Assembly (NCBI GenBank): GCA_050506795.1
Contig: JBJHCF010000001.1
Location: 224,001 to 288,000 of the forward strand
DNA: 64,000 nt
Direction of reading: 5' to 3'
Origin: Opitutia bacterium
GTDB lineage: Bacteria; Verrucomicrobiota; Verrucomicrobiia; Opitutales; T3Sed10-336
Each line of letters begins with the position of its first letter. Positions within the stretch are counted from its first letter, which is position 1. Under the pieces are notes generated by a model that did no database searches, had not been told where the DNA came from, and worked only from the letters and a program-made list of their open reading frames with translations. Shown piece after piece: positions 55,987 to 64,000 of the stretch. The position numbers were made by a program, and so were the translations under genes.

Positions 55987-58872
55987 ATGAATTGTATTCG
56001 ATTTCCCAAATCGGCTGTCATGGCGGTTGGTTTCTCTTTTTTAGCGTCCCAATCCTTTGGTGATGCAATACAGCTCGAGAACGACCACCTCCGCGTTTCG
56101 TTCGACGAACGTGGACTGCGCGAGATCGTCGACCTGAAGCAGCAGAAGACCGTTGAGTTCGCCGATGATACATTCGACGTCACCATCGATGGCCGCACGT
56201 TCAGCGGGTCGGCGGTCGAGACCCCGGTGGTGGAGATCGGGGACGAAACCGTCACTTATCGTTTCTCCGATGAATCTATGGAAGTGGACGTCGTGTACGA
56301 GCTGCAACCGGCCTGGCGGTTCTTAAGCAAGCAGCTCGCGGTCTCCGTGCGCGAAAAGCCCGTTTACCGGGTCGATCGCCTGCAAGCCTTCAGCGCCGAA
56401 ATGGCGAACCCGGTGGCCGGTGAATACCGGCACTACCAGGGCCGATACGCGGCATTTCTCCGGCTGCAAGGGGAAAACGGAGAGGAGCCTGCCGCGGGAG
56501 TGTTCTTTGCCTACGCAAATCCGTTTATGCAGTGGGAACGGAATGACGGGAAGGTGTCGATGGCCTACATCCCGGATATGGAATGGCGCGCTGAATACGG
56601 TCCCTTCGTGTCGGACCGGGCGCTGATCGGTTTGTATTCGCTGACCGGACACGAGTTTCCGGTGACTACGGTACCGGAATGGCGTTACGTTCCGGATCCT
56701 TCGGCCGCTTTGCGTGACAGCCCGGCAATGGATATTGCCGAAAGCGAGGCAATGACCCGGGCGGTTGAGGCTTTCTTGATGTACGATCCCGAGGAAAGTC
56801 TTCGGCTGCATGTCGGGTGGACGTTGAACGATTATCAGATCGACGTCGCCGAACCCGAGGGACGCGAGGAATATCGGAGGATTATTGACCGGGCGGCGGA
56901 GGTTGGCGCTCGGCACATTCTCTATACGCCCGATCACACCGGTCTGAACGATCTTTCCCTGAATCGCGACGCCTGGGGCTGGGAGAACCTGCTCTGGCTC
57001 AATCTCGGCCAGAAGATCCGGCTTGGCGAATGGCTTCCCGGGCGTGACCCGCTCCCCGAGGACGTGCTGGAAATGATCGAGTACGCGGCTTCGAAGGATA
57101 TCGGGCTGCTCGCCTACGTATACCCGACCATGCCCTGGATGGAGGACCCGGAATGGACCGCATGGATCGACGGGAGCCCCGGCGGTTACGCGGGGGCGGA
57201 CACCGGAATCCGCAGTTTCCAGGACTGGTTCGTTGATCTCCTGGTTGAATTCTACGAAGAAACCGGGATTACCGGATATTCGTTCGACCACTGGTGGGTT
57301 CGCTACGACCAGCCCGGCACGACCAGTTTTTACGCGCAGTGGCACGGCACCCGGCGGATTCTCGAGGAGCTTCGCCGCCGTGCTCCGGATGTGGTGATCG
57401 ACGGGCGGCAGCAATACCACCAGACCGGCCCCTGGACGTGGCTGGCCGGGTCATTTCCCCATCCGCTGGCCTCCGACGAGCAACCCCAGAGCTTTCGCGC
57501 GTTTCCCGACCTGAGTTGGTCGAGGATATCCGCCAATCGCCAGCGCTTCGCCGCCTGGTGGTTCCACATGCTGCAATTCACTCCGAACCAGGTGATGCCC
57601 GGTTATATGACGCACCAAACGCAACGGTTCGACGGCGAAGGCCACATGCACCGGAGGCGATTCCGGCCCCGCGACTGGGATTACACTGGATGGCAGTTTT
57701 CCGTTCTGTCCTCAATCGGCACCGCTCCGGTCAATCACGTGATAAACTTTATCCCGGCCCGCGATCCCGACGAGTTTCAGCACTTTTCGGACAGCGACAA
57801 ACAGTGGTTTCGTGACTGGTTTGACTGGACCGATCGGAACATGGAGGTACTTCTCAACCTTCGCCCGATCATCGGGCAACCGGCGACCGGGCGCGTCGAC
57901 GGCACCGCCGCGATAGTTGAGGACCGTGGATTCATTTTTCTTTTCAATCCGAATTACCGCGCGATGGACGCCACCTTCTCCCTCGACCGCTCGATTGGGC
58001 TGACGGCGGGAGATGCCTTTCTCTTGCGTGAGCTGTATCCGAAGGAAGGCACGTGGATTGGGGCCGCCGAGCGGGGAATCTGGAGCTTCGGTGACGAAGT
58101 GACCATTGCCATGCACGGAACCGGGGCGCGGGTGTTCGAGTTGGTTCCGTATTCCGGTGAGCAAGAACTTCCGTTGCTGCTGAACGTTGCCGGCGACGTG
58201 GCATTGCACGATGATCGGCTGATTGTCTCCAACGTTCTGGGCACCGTCGGACACGAGGTCCGGATGTCGGTTCTGGTTCCCGAGGGGCGCCCGGTCGGCG
58301 AACTCTTCGTGAACGGCCGGGAGATCGACTTCCAGAGTAACGGCGATTTAGTGTCGGCGGATCTTCGCTTTGCAGGCGAACGGTTTGATCAGGCGCAGCA
58401 GATCGGAGACTGGGATCCGTCGTTTGCCGGCGGAGATTATACGACGGTGATGAGGATTCCCCAACGCATCTTCGCCCAACTCGAGCGGAACCGGGAGAAC
58501 TGGCCGATCCCCTACACCGATGAAGACCTGCTCGCCACCTGGCTCGGACCGCACCGCCTGCTGCTCTACGTTCAGATCGCCGATCCGCGGCAGGATATGG
58601 AGGTTTCAATGCGAATCGACGGCGAAACGGTGGCTTTGCGGCCGGCCTTTTCAAGCGTCTATGCCCAGCCTCCGGGACAAGTGGCCGACGTGACCGCCCT
58701 GACCTTCCTCGGCTATTACGCCGACCTGACTTCGGAGTTGGATGCGGGGCGTGATTACGAGGTGACCGTATCGCTTCCCGAGATGGAGCCGGGGCGGTTT
58801 CAGGGCCTTTTCATTCACAACATCCAACCTGAATACACCGGCGAGTTGGATGCCTCTCCGGGGACGCGTTGA
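55987..58872 (+). CDS. Large secreted uncharacterised protein, putative glycoside hydrolase
   Basis: Signal peptide, Trp/Asp-rich core (YSFDHWW, VIDGRQ) loosely reminiscent of clan GH-D barrels. Sugar-locus context. The ORF is secure, the function is a guess. Confidence 0.55.
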   Translation: MNCIRFPKSAVMAVGFSFLASQSFGDAIQLENDHLRVSFDERGLREIVDLKQQKTVEFADDTFDVTIDGRTFSGSAVETPVVEIGDETVTYRFSDESMEVDVVYELQPAWRFLSKQLAVSVREKPVYRVDRLQAFSAEMANPVAGEYRHYQGRYAAFLRLQGENGEEPAAGVFFAYANPFMQWERNDGKVSMAYIPDMEWRAEYGPFVSDRALIGLYSLTGHEFPVTTVPEWRYVPDPSAALRDSPAMDIAESEAMTRAVEAFLMYDPEESLRLHVGWTLNDYQIDVAEPEGREEYRRIIDRAAEVGARHILYTPDHTGLNDLSLNRDAWGWENLLWLNLGQKIRLGEWLPGRDPLPEDVLEMIEYAASKDIGLLAYVYPTMPWMEDPEWTAWIDGSPGGYAGADTGIRSFQDWFVDLLVEFYEETGITGYSFDHWWVRYDQPGTTSFYAQWHGTRRILEELRRRAPDVVIDGRQQYHQTGPWTWLAGSFPHPLASDEQPQSFRAFPDLSWSRISANRQRFAAWWFHMLQFTPNQVMPGYMTHQTQRFDGEGHMHRRRFRPRDWDYTGWQFSVLSSIGTAPVNHVINFIPARDPDEFQHFSDSDKQWFRDWFDWTDRNMEVLLNLRPIIGQPATGRVDGTAAIVEDRGFIFLFNPNYRAMDATFSLDRSIGLTAGDAFLLRELYPKEGTWIGAAERGIWSFGDEVTIAMHGTGARVFELVPYSGEQELPLLLNVAGDVALHDDRLIVSNVLGTVGHEVRMSVLVPEGRPVGELFVNGREIDFQSNGDLVSADLRFAGERFDQAQQIGDWDPSFAGGDYTTVMRIPQRIFAQLERNRENWPIPYTDEDLLATWLGPHRLLLYVQIADPRQDMEVSMRIDGETVALRPAFSSVYAQPPGQVADVTALTFLGYYADLTSELDAGRDYEVTVSLPEMEPGRFQGLFIHNIQPEYTGELDASPGTR

Positions 58873-58924
58873 TATTCCGGTTTCTGGAGCGGATCCGATC
58901 GATTTTTCCAATAGAGGTATTCAA

Positions 58925-59022
58925 TTCGTCTTAGCGTTTCAAACCTTCAACAGGAATTACTCTTGGAACGGCAAATCAAAGTTTATATTTACCGATAGAT
59001 CAACCGTCCCGTCATTCGTTCC
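58925..59022. repeat. Imperfect inverted repeat arm; partner at 55863-55960
   Basis: See partner; contains ATTTACCGATAGAT at 58987-59000. Confidence 0.8.
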
Positions 59023-59530
59023 GGCAATTCATTATTGGCGCGCTTTCCAGTCTTCCCAACCGCCGCTAAGCACGTAGACATTTCTCAATCCGACTTCTTC
59101 TCGGAGGCGTTGTGCGACCATGAAGGAGCGTCGGGATGAAGCAGAGCCGTACCCGTCGCCCCCAAAATAGGCAATAGCAAGAGGATCAGCATTGCCTGCA
59201 GCGTTTGCGTGAATGGCCCGGGTTGCCTACGCCGGATTCGTTCATCTGACGGGTCAATATAGTACACTTAAATGAATCGCAGTAGAATGCAAACTAAACA
59301 CAAGGGTATGAAACGGATCGATTTTCAATGACCTCCCTTCAGAACGCTTCTCTCGGAAAGGCTGGTGGAGAATTGAGCGGGGAGTCTGCGCTCGCCTCCT
59401 CCAGCAGCACGGAGAATAGTCCGAGAATCGAAACGACAGCGGTCCGGGTGGCGAAGCGCTTACACTCACTTGATTGAACGCCGGAGCCTTTTCCAGAAGT
59501 ATCCGTGGCGACAGTTTTTCTCTTACCTCA

Positions 59531-59570
59531 TTGCAGGTTTACAACGGTGCCCCTATATTTGCCGATAGAT
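59531..59570 (+). promoter_or_regulatory. Sigma70-like promoter and overlapping operator of the LacI gene
   Basis: TTGCAG-N17-TATATT (59531-59559); ATTTGCCGATAGAT (59557-59570) overlaps the ATG. Confidence 0.6.
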
Positions 59571-60612
59571 GAAAGAAATGCCGGTCACCCAGAATGAAAT
59601 CGCACGGGCGGCGGGAGTATCGCAGAACACCGTTTCGCTGGCCCTGCGCGGGGATGCGCGCGTTTCGCCGGCGACGAGAGAGCGAATTCGTGATCTTGCG
59701 CAACGGATGGGGTACCGGCCGAACCCGCTGGTCTCCGCTTTGATGGCACAAATGAAACGCCGCCGGCCTTCGTATACCAGCACACTGGCGATCGTAATGG
59801 AGGGGCCCCGTCGAAATGAACTGCCGGGACATCCTTCCCTGCAACGGGCTTTGAGAGGGGCCCGGGAGCGGGCCGCCAGCAGGGGATATGAAGTCGAGGT
59901 GTTTTGGCTTCAGGATACGCGGATGCCGATTTCCCGGCTCGAATCGATTCTTTGCCACCGCACCATCCATGGAATCATCTGGCATCCGCAATTGGAAGCA
60001 ACAGAGCCTCCGGCCCTGTCATGGAATCAATTCGCGGCTGCGGTCCTGGCGGTGCTGGATCGGCGTTTCGCCGCCTTTCACAGCGCTTCGGCGCAACCTT
60101 TTCGTCATATCGAAACCGCTTTGGAGGAATTGAAGCGACGGGGTTGCCGCCGTCCCGCCCTGGCCATGCCCGGGCGTTATGAATGGATCATGGACCGACT
60201 GTATTCAGGGGCGATGTTGACCTTGCCGAAACGATTGGGTTTTCCTTTGATCCCGCCGTTCTCCGATTCTTCCTGGAGCCGCGACAGCTTCCTCCGGTGG
60301 CTGGAAAAAAAGAAACCGGATGCCGTTCTCACCCGCTCGCCGGAACTCCTCGACTGGTGTCGCTCGGCGGGCATCCGTGTTCCGGAGGAGGTCTCCCTGG
60401 TACACCTGGGTTGGAACGTACGCCTGCGCGACTGGGCCGGAATCGATTCGGCGGCCGAATCGATCGGCGCCGCGGCGGCCGATTTAGTGATCGATCAACT
60501 GAACGCCAATGAACGCGGAATTCCGCCGGTGCCGAAAATGGTGCTCACCGGCGGTCGCTGGGTGGACGGCGCGACGGTGATAAAATCGCCATCAATGATT
60601 ATCACGGTCTGA
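59569..60612 (+). CDS. LacI-family transcriptional regulator
   Basis: TQNEIARAAGVSQNTVSLAL, GYRPNPLVSALM. Confidence 0.92.
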   Translation: MKEMPVTQNEIARAAGVSQNTVSLALRGDARVSPATRERIRDLAQRMGYRPNPLVSALMAQMKRRRPSYTSTLAIVMEGPRRNELPGHPSLQRALRGARERAASRGYEVEVFWLQDTRMPISRLESILCHRTIHGIIWHPQLEATEPPALSWNQFAAAVLAVLDRRFAAFHSASAQPFRHIETALEELKRRGCRRPALAMPGRYEWIMDRLYSGAMLTLPKRLGFPLIPPFSDSSWSRDSFLRWLEKKKPDAVLTRSPELLDWCRSAGIRVPEEVSLVHLGWNVRLRDWAGIDSAAESIGAAAADLVIDQLNANERGIPPVPKMVLTGGRWVDGATVIKSPSMIITV

Positions 60613-60646
60613 TCAAACTGCTCGTGGCGATGGCCGCGAAGCCGGA

Positions 60647-61459
60647 CTAACGCTGGCAACGCGGGCAATAGTAGGTGGCGCGCTGGCCGAGGAGGGTGCG
60701 ACGGATTCCCGTACCGCAGACGGAACAGGGATCATTGGCGCGGTCGTAAACAAGGAGTTGTTGCCGGAAATAGCCCGGCGTTCCGTCTTCGCGCAAGAAA
60801 TCGCGCAGTGTCGTGCCGCCCTGACTAATCGAGTGTTCGAGCACGGCTTTTGCGGCGGTCACCAGCTTCGCCAGCCGTGGAACGGCGATGCGTGAGGAAG
60901 GGCGGGCGGGGTGGATTCCGGCGATGAAGAGTGCTTCGCAGGCGTAGATGTTGCCAATGCCGACCACGGTGCGAGCGTCCATGAGGGTTTCCTTGATGGA
61001 ACGGCGCCGGCCGGCGCAGGCGGCTCTGAGGCGATCGGCATCGAAAGCACCATCGAGGGGCTCGGGCCCGAGGTCGCGCAGCAAAGAGTGCTCGGAGGGA
61101 TCGGCGGCGGTCCAGAGCCAACACCCGAACCGGCGTGGATCGTGATAGCGAAGGTGCCGTCCGTCGTCCAGGGCCAGTGCAAGATGGTCGTGCGTGCGCC
61201 AGGATGCGGAGGCGGCGCACAGGCGCAAGCTACCCGACATGCCGAGATGCACGAGGGCCGTGCCGGAATCGAAGCCGATCAAGAGGTATTTGGCCCGCCT
61301 CCGGACCGTCCCCACCTTTTGTCCTGGCAGGGAGGCGAGCTCGGCATCCACCGGCCAGCGCAACCGGGGTTGGCGGACGATCCATTCGGTGACGCGTCGT
61401 CCGCACAGGTGCGGCCGTATTCCCCGGCAAGTGGTTTCCACTTCTGGCAGTTCAGGCAT
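60647..61459 (-). CDS. mutM: Formamidopyrimidine-DNA glycosylase
   Basis: MPELPEVE, RRAKYL, HLGMSG, DPRRFG, GIGNIY, C-terminal zinc finger CSVC...CPRCQ. Confidence 0.97.
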   Translation of the reverse strand: MPELPEVETTCRGIRPHLCGRRVTEWIVRQPRLRWPVDAELASLPGQKVGTVRRRAKYLLIGFDSGTALVHLGMSGSLRLCAASASWRTHDHLALALDDGRHLRYHDPRRFGCWLWTAADPSEHSLLRDLGPEPLDGAFDADRLRAACAGRRRSIKETLMDARTVVGIGNIYACEALFIAGIHPARPSSRIAVPRLAKLVTAAKAVLEHSISQGGTTLRDFLREDGTPGYFRQQLLVYDRANDPCSVCGTGIRRTLLGQRATYYCPRCQR

Positions 61460-61683
61460 GGCGAGCAATTTCCCCCGTTTCGAAACAAGGTTCGGGAAGC
61501 TTCTATCAAGAGTCAATGGTTGACGCCTTTTGGTCCATCCAAAGGATTTTAAGCCAACCACCAGATTCTGCCGCCGCGCTGGAGAAAGCACGCGGGGGAA
61601 ATCCGGTGGCCAAGACGATCCTCGAGGGAACGAGGGGGGTCGAGGGGAACGACCGGTTTGGCATCATGTAAAGAGGTAGCGTT

Positions 61684-62856
61684 ATGAAGCTTGGATTCGG
61701 ATTGTATCGGCATCAGTTGGACGAGGAGCATTTCCGCTTCGCGCGGCAGTGCGGGGCCACGCACCTCGTCGTTCATCTGGTCGACTACTTCAACCAGGCC
61801 GATTCCGGGAATCCAAACACCACCCAACCCACCGGAGGGCTGGAGGGTTGGGGCCGGGCGGGCGATCCGGAGCGGTTGTGGACGGAGGAGGAATTGATCT
61901 TGTTGCGCCGGCGTGTGGAGAACGCGGGACTCCGGTTGCATGCCATTGAGAACCTGGATCCCGCCCACTGGTACGATGTTCTGCTGGCCGGCCCCGAACG
62001 CGAACGGCAACTGGAGCAGGTCAAAACCATCATTCGCCGCATGGGGCGGGCGGGCATACCGGTGCTTGGCTATAATTTTTCGCTGGCGGGGGTTTTTGGC
62101 CGCGTGACCGGTCCCTTCGCCCGGGGCGGTGCGGAAAGCGTCGGTCTCCAGGGCTTCGTCGATCAGACCCCCGTAAACAAGGGCATGGTGTGGAACATGC
62201 GGTATGATGAACATACCCCGCCCGGCCACATCGCCCCCTGCACGCACGAGCAGCTCTGGGAACGGGTCGCCTGTTTTCTGGAGGCCGTGCTGCCGGCGGC
62301 GGAGGAAGCGGGGGTTGTGCTGGCGGCGCATCCCGACGATCCCCCGCTCGAGTGGGTGCGCTCGACGCCGCGCCTGGTTTACCAACCCCATCTTTACCGT
62401 AAACTGGCCGATCTCCATCCCAGCCCCGCCAACCGCTTTGAGTATTGCCTGGGCACCCTGGCGGAGATGACGGATGGGGACATATACGAAGCGACGGAGA
62501 CCTACGCGGCCGAAAACCGGATCGCCTACGTCCATTTTCGGAACGTCCGCGGCAAGGCTCCAAACTACGTGGAAACGTTCATCGACGAGGGAGACGTCGA
62601 TATGCCGCGGTTGCTGGAGATTCTCCACCGGCACCGCTTTGATGGCGTCCTGATCCCGGACCATACGCCGGTAATGTCCTGCCCCGGCGGATGGTATGCG
62701 GGCATGGCTTTTTCCATGGGCTACATGAAGCGGTGCCTGGACGAACTGGAGAAAAGGGATTCCGCCGGCCCGGAGGAGCATTGCCGCCGCCCGAAAGCTT
62801 GTCAGCAAGGCTTTACAGCAGTCTGCTGCCAAAAACGACAGGCAAGCTGGCAATGA
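61684..62856 (+). CDS. uxuA: Mannonate dehydratase family protein
   Basis: GYNF, AHPDDPP, CLGT, HFRNV, LIPDHTP, AFSMGY. Confidence 0.85.
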   Translation: MKLGFGLYRHQLDEEHFRFARQCGATHLVVHLVDYFNQADSGNPNTTQPTGGLEGWGRAGDPERLWTEEELILLRRRVENAGLRLHAIENLDPAHWYDVLLAGPERERQLEQVKTIIRRMGRAGIPVLGYNFSLAGVFGRVTGPFARGGAESVGLQGFVDQTPVNKGMVWNMRYDEHTPPGHIAPCTHEQLWERVACFLEAVLPAAEEAGVVLAAHPDDPPLEWVRSTPRLVYQPHLYRKLADLHPSPANRFEYCLGTLAEMTDGDIYEATETYAAENRIAYVHFRNVRGKAPNYVETFIDEGDVDMPRLLEILHRHRFDGVLIPDHTPVMSCPGGWYAGMAFSMGYMKRCLDELEKRDSAGPEEHCRRPKACQQGFTAVCCQKRQASWQ

Positions 62857-62863
62857 ATACTGA

Positions 62864-64000
62864 TTAATCTCCATTCACCTCCTTGTAGATGGCAAAATGT
62901 TCGACCATCCCGACAAAATGGTTCCTAAACTCGCGACAGGTGGCCATTGTGTTCTGGAATCCGCCGGAATTGACGATAAAAGGACGCATGCTCATCGACT
63001 CGTGGCTTCCAGCCAGTTCGCCGTTCACGTAGAGTCTTCCGCCAGAATCGGATATCGTCACCGTGACTTCAACCCACTCACCGGCTTCAAGGGCATGGGT
63101 TTCGATGGTGTAAGCCTCTTCATTGACTTCCATCACAAGCGTTGCTTTTCCTTCCTCGTTGGACGGTGTCAGCGAGATACTTGTTCCGTTGCCGTTGACG
63201 AAGTCGAAAATGCGTTGTCCGGCTTCACCGCCAGCCCAATTCAATCCGATTTCAACCTTCAATTCGCTATGGTCGGTGACGTCGGGCTGCAGTTCGACGA
63301 ACTGGTTGCGGCCGTTGAAAATCATGGCATTGCCTCCAATTTGCCGCTGACCGTCCGGGAATCTGGGATCGTCAAGCAGTGCCTGTAGCTGAGGGCCGGG
63401 AACGTCGAACCATACCCGTCTCCGCGCCTGTCCGCGTTCACCGTCCGGTGTCAGCGACAGCACTTCACCTTCAACCATGACCCGCTCTCCGTCGCCGATC
63501 GAGTAGGCGACCTGCAGATGATCATGGCCACCGCCTTCTTTATGCAAAGCCCGCATGTAATAACTTTTGCCTTCTTCCAGTAATATTTGCTTTGAACGTT
63601 GTCCTGACTGGGCATCCCAGACATTCAACGCAGTGTAAGGCACAACAACGGCGACACGCTCGAAAGACTCCGGATCTTCCGGGTCTTTGCTAAGCCACAG
63701 CTCCCCGGAGTCGTCGCAGCAGAGCCAGAAGGTGTATTCACCTGTTTCAGGAGGGTGGAACCAGGCAGTTACCTTCTGTCCATAGTTGTCTGCGAAGTTG
63801 ATGGGCGGATTCATCGTATCAATGACATGATCAATGTCCACTGCCGGTTCATAACGTATACGCTCGGGAACTTCGATCACTTCAGCGCCGCCATGGAGAT
63901 AGCCCCAGGTCAGGCCGTGGTCATCCAGCACAAGTGTGGGATGCGGATTATCGAAGTTGTAACGCAGATACAAGCCGTTGAAACACTCGCCGGTTTCGCC
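62864..64000 (-). CDS. C-terminal part of a protein with PA14 and LamG-like domains; begins beyond the right edge
   Basis: PPETGEYTFWLCCDDSGELWLS...HKEGGGHDHLQVA (PA14), then QRIFDF...RLYVNG (LamG-like). The frame appears open to the window edge. Confidence 0.75.
   Translation of the reverse strand, partial: GETGECFNGLYLRYNFDNPHPTLVLDDHGLTWGYLHGGAEVIEVPERIRYEPAVDIDHVIDTMNPPINFADNYGQKVTAWFHPPETGEYTFWLCCDDSGELWLSKDPEDPESFERVAVVVPYTALNVWDAQSGQRSKQILLEEGKSYYMRALHKEGGGHDHLQVAYSIGDGERVMVEGEVLSLTPDGERGQARRRVWFDVPGPQLQALLDDPRFPDGQRQIGGNAMIFNGRNQFVELQPDVTDHSELKVEIGLNWAGGEAGQRIFDFVNGNGTSISLTPSNEEGKATLVMEVNEEAYTIETHALEAGEWVEVTVTISDSGGRLYVNGELAGSHESMSMRPFIVNSGGFQNTMATCREFRNHFVGMVEHFAIYKEVNGD

Noticed and set aside
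59085..59267. 60-aa ORF with one hydrophobic segment (LLHPDAPSW), perhaps a membrane-protein N-terminal relic
   Set aside because: Too short, no clear ribosome-binding site, and the resemblance cannot be verified without a search.
1..64000. tRNA, rRNA, riboswitch, integrase or prophage genes
   Set aside because: None recognised by eye; a covariance-model search would be needed to exclude small RNAs in intergenic regions such as 28242-28546, 33894-34350 and 59030-59530.

Overview
GC-rich bacterial chromosome segment, most likely Verrucomicrobiota (Opitutia-like), judged from the L33 sequence, the LacI-type regulators, a PEP-CTERM protein and the Verrucomicrobia-style C-terminal domains on secreted proteins. 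From left to right: (1) the start of a type I-G (I-U) CRISPR-Cas operon (csb1/cas7; csb2 runs off the left edge). It is preceded by two truncated, duplicated cas3 5' stubs that bracket a Fic toxin-antitoxin relic, a VapBC-like pair and an ORF6N gene, all next to rpmG. (2) A ~21 kb co-directional energy locus: sensor kinase, sigma54 activator, sigma54 promoter with tandem enhancer palindromes, outer-membrane barrel, two YceI proteins, 2-oxoacid:ferredoxin oxidoreductase, and a complex I-like enzyme that has no NuoEFG but four antiporter-like subunits. (3) DAHP synthase. (4) A long polysaccharide and sugar-use region: GH16, two paralogous beta-helix proteins, a multidomain GH115, three LacI regulators, a PEP-CTERM protein, an AT-richer island beside a Y1-transposase relic, a GxGYxYP protein, a 7-gene uncharacterised sugar-catabolic operon ending in a divergent enolase, and a 971-aa secreted hydrolase-like gene surrounded by duplicated promoter/operator segments. 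(5) mutM, uxuA and a PA14/LamG protein that runs off the right edge. No CRISPR array, tRNA or rRNA was seen. All family calls come from motif recognition by eye; no database search was run.
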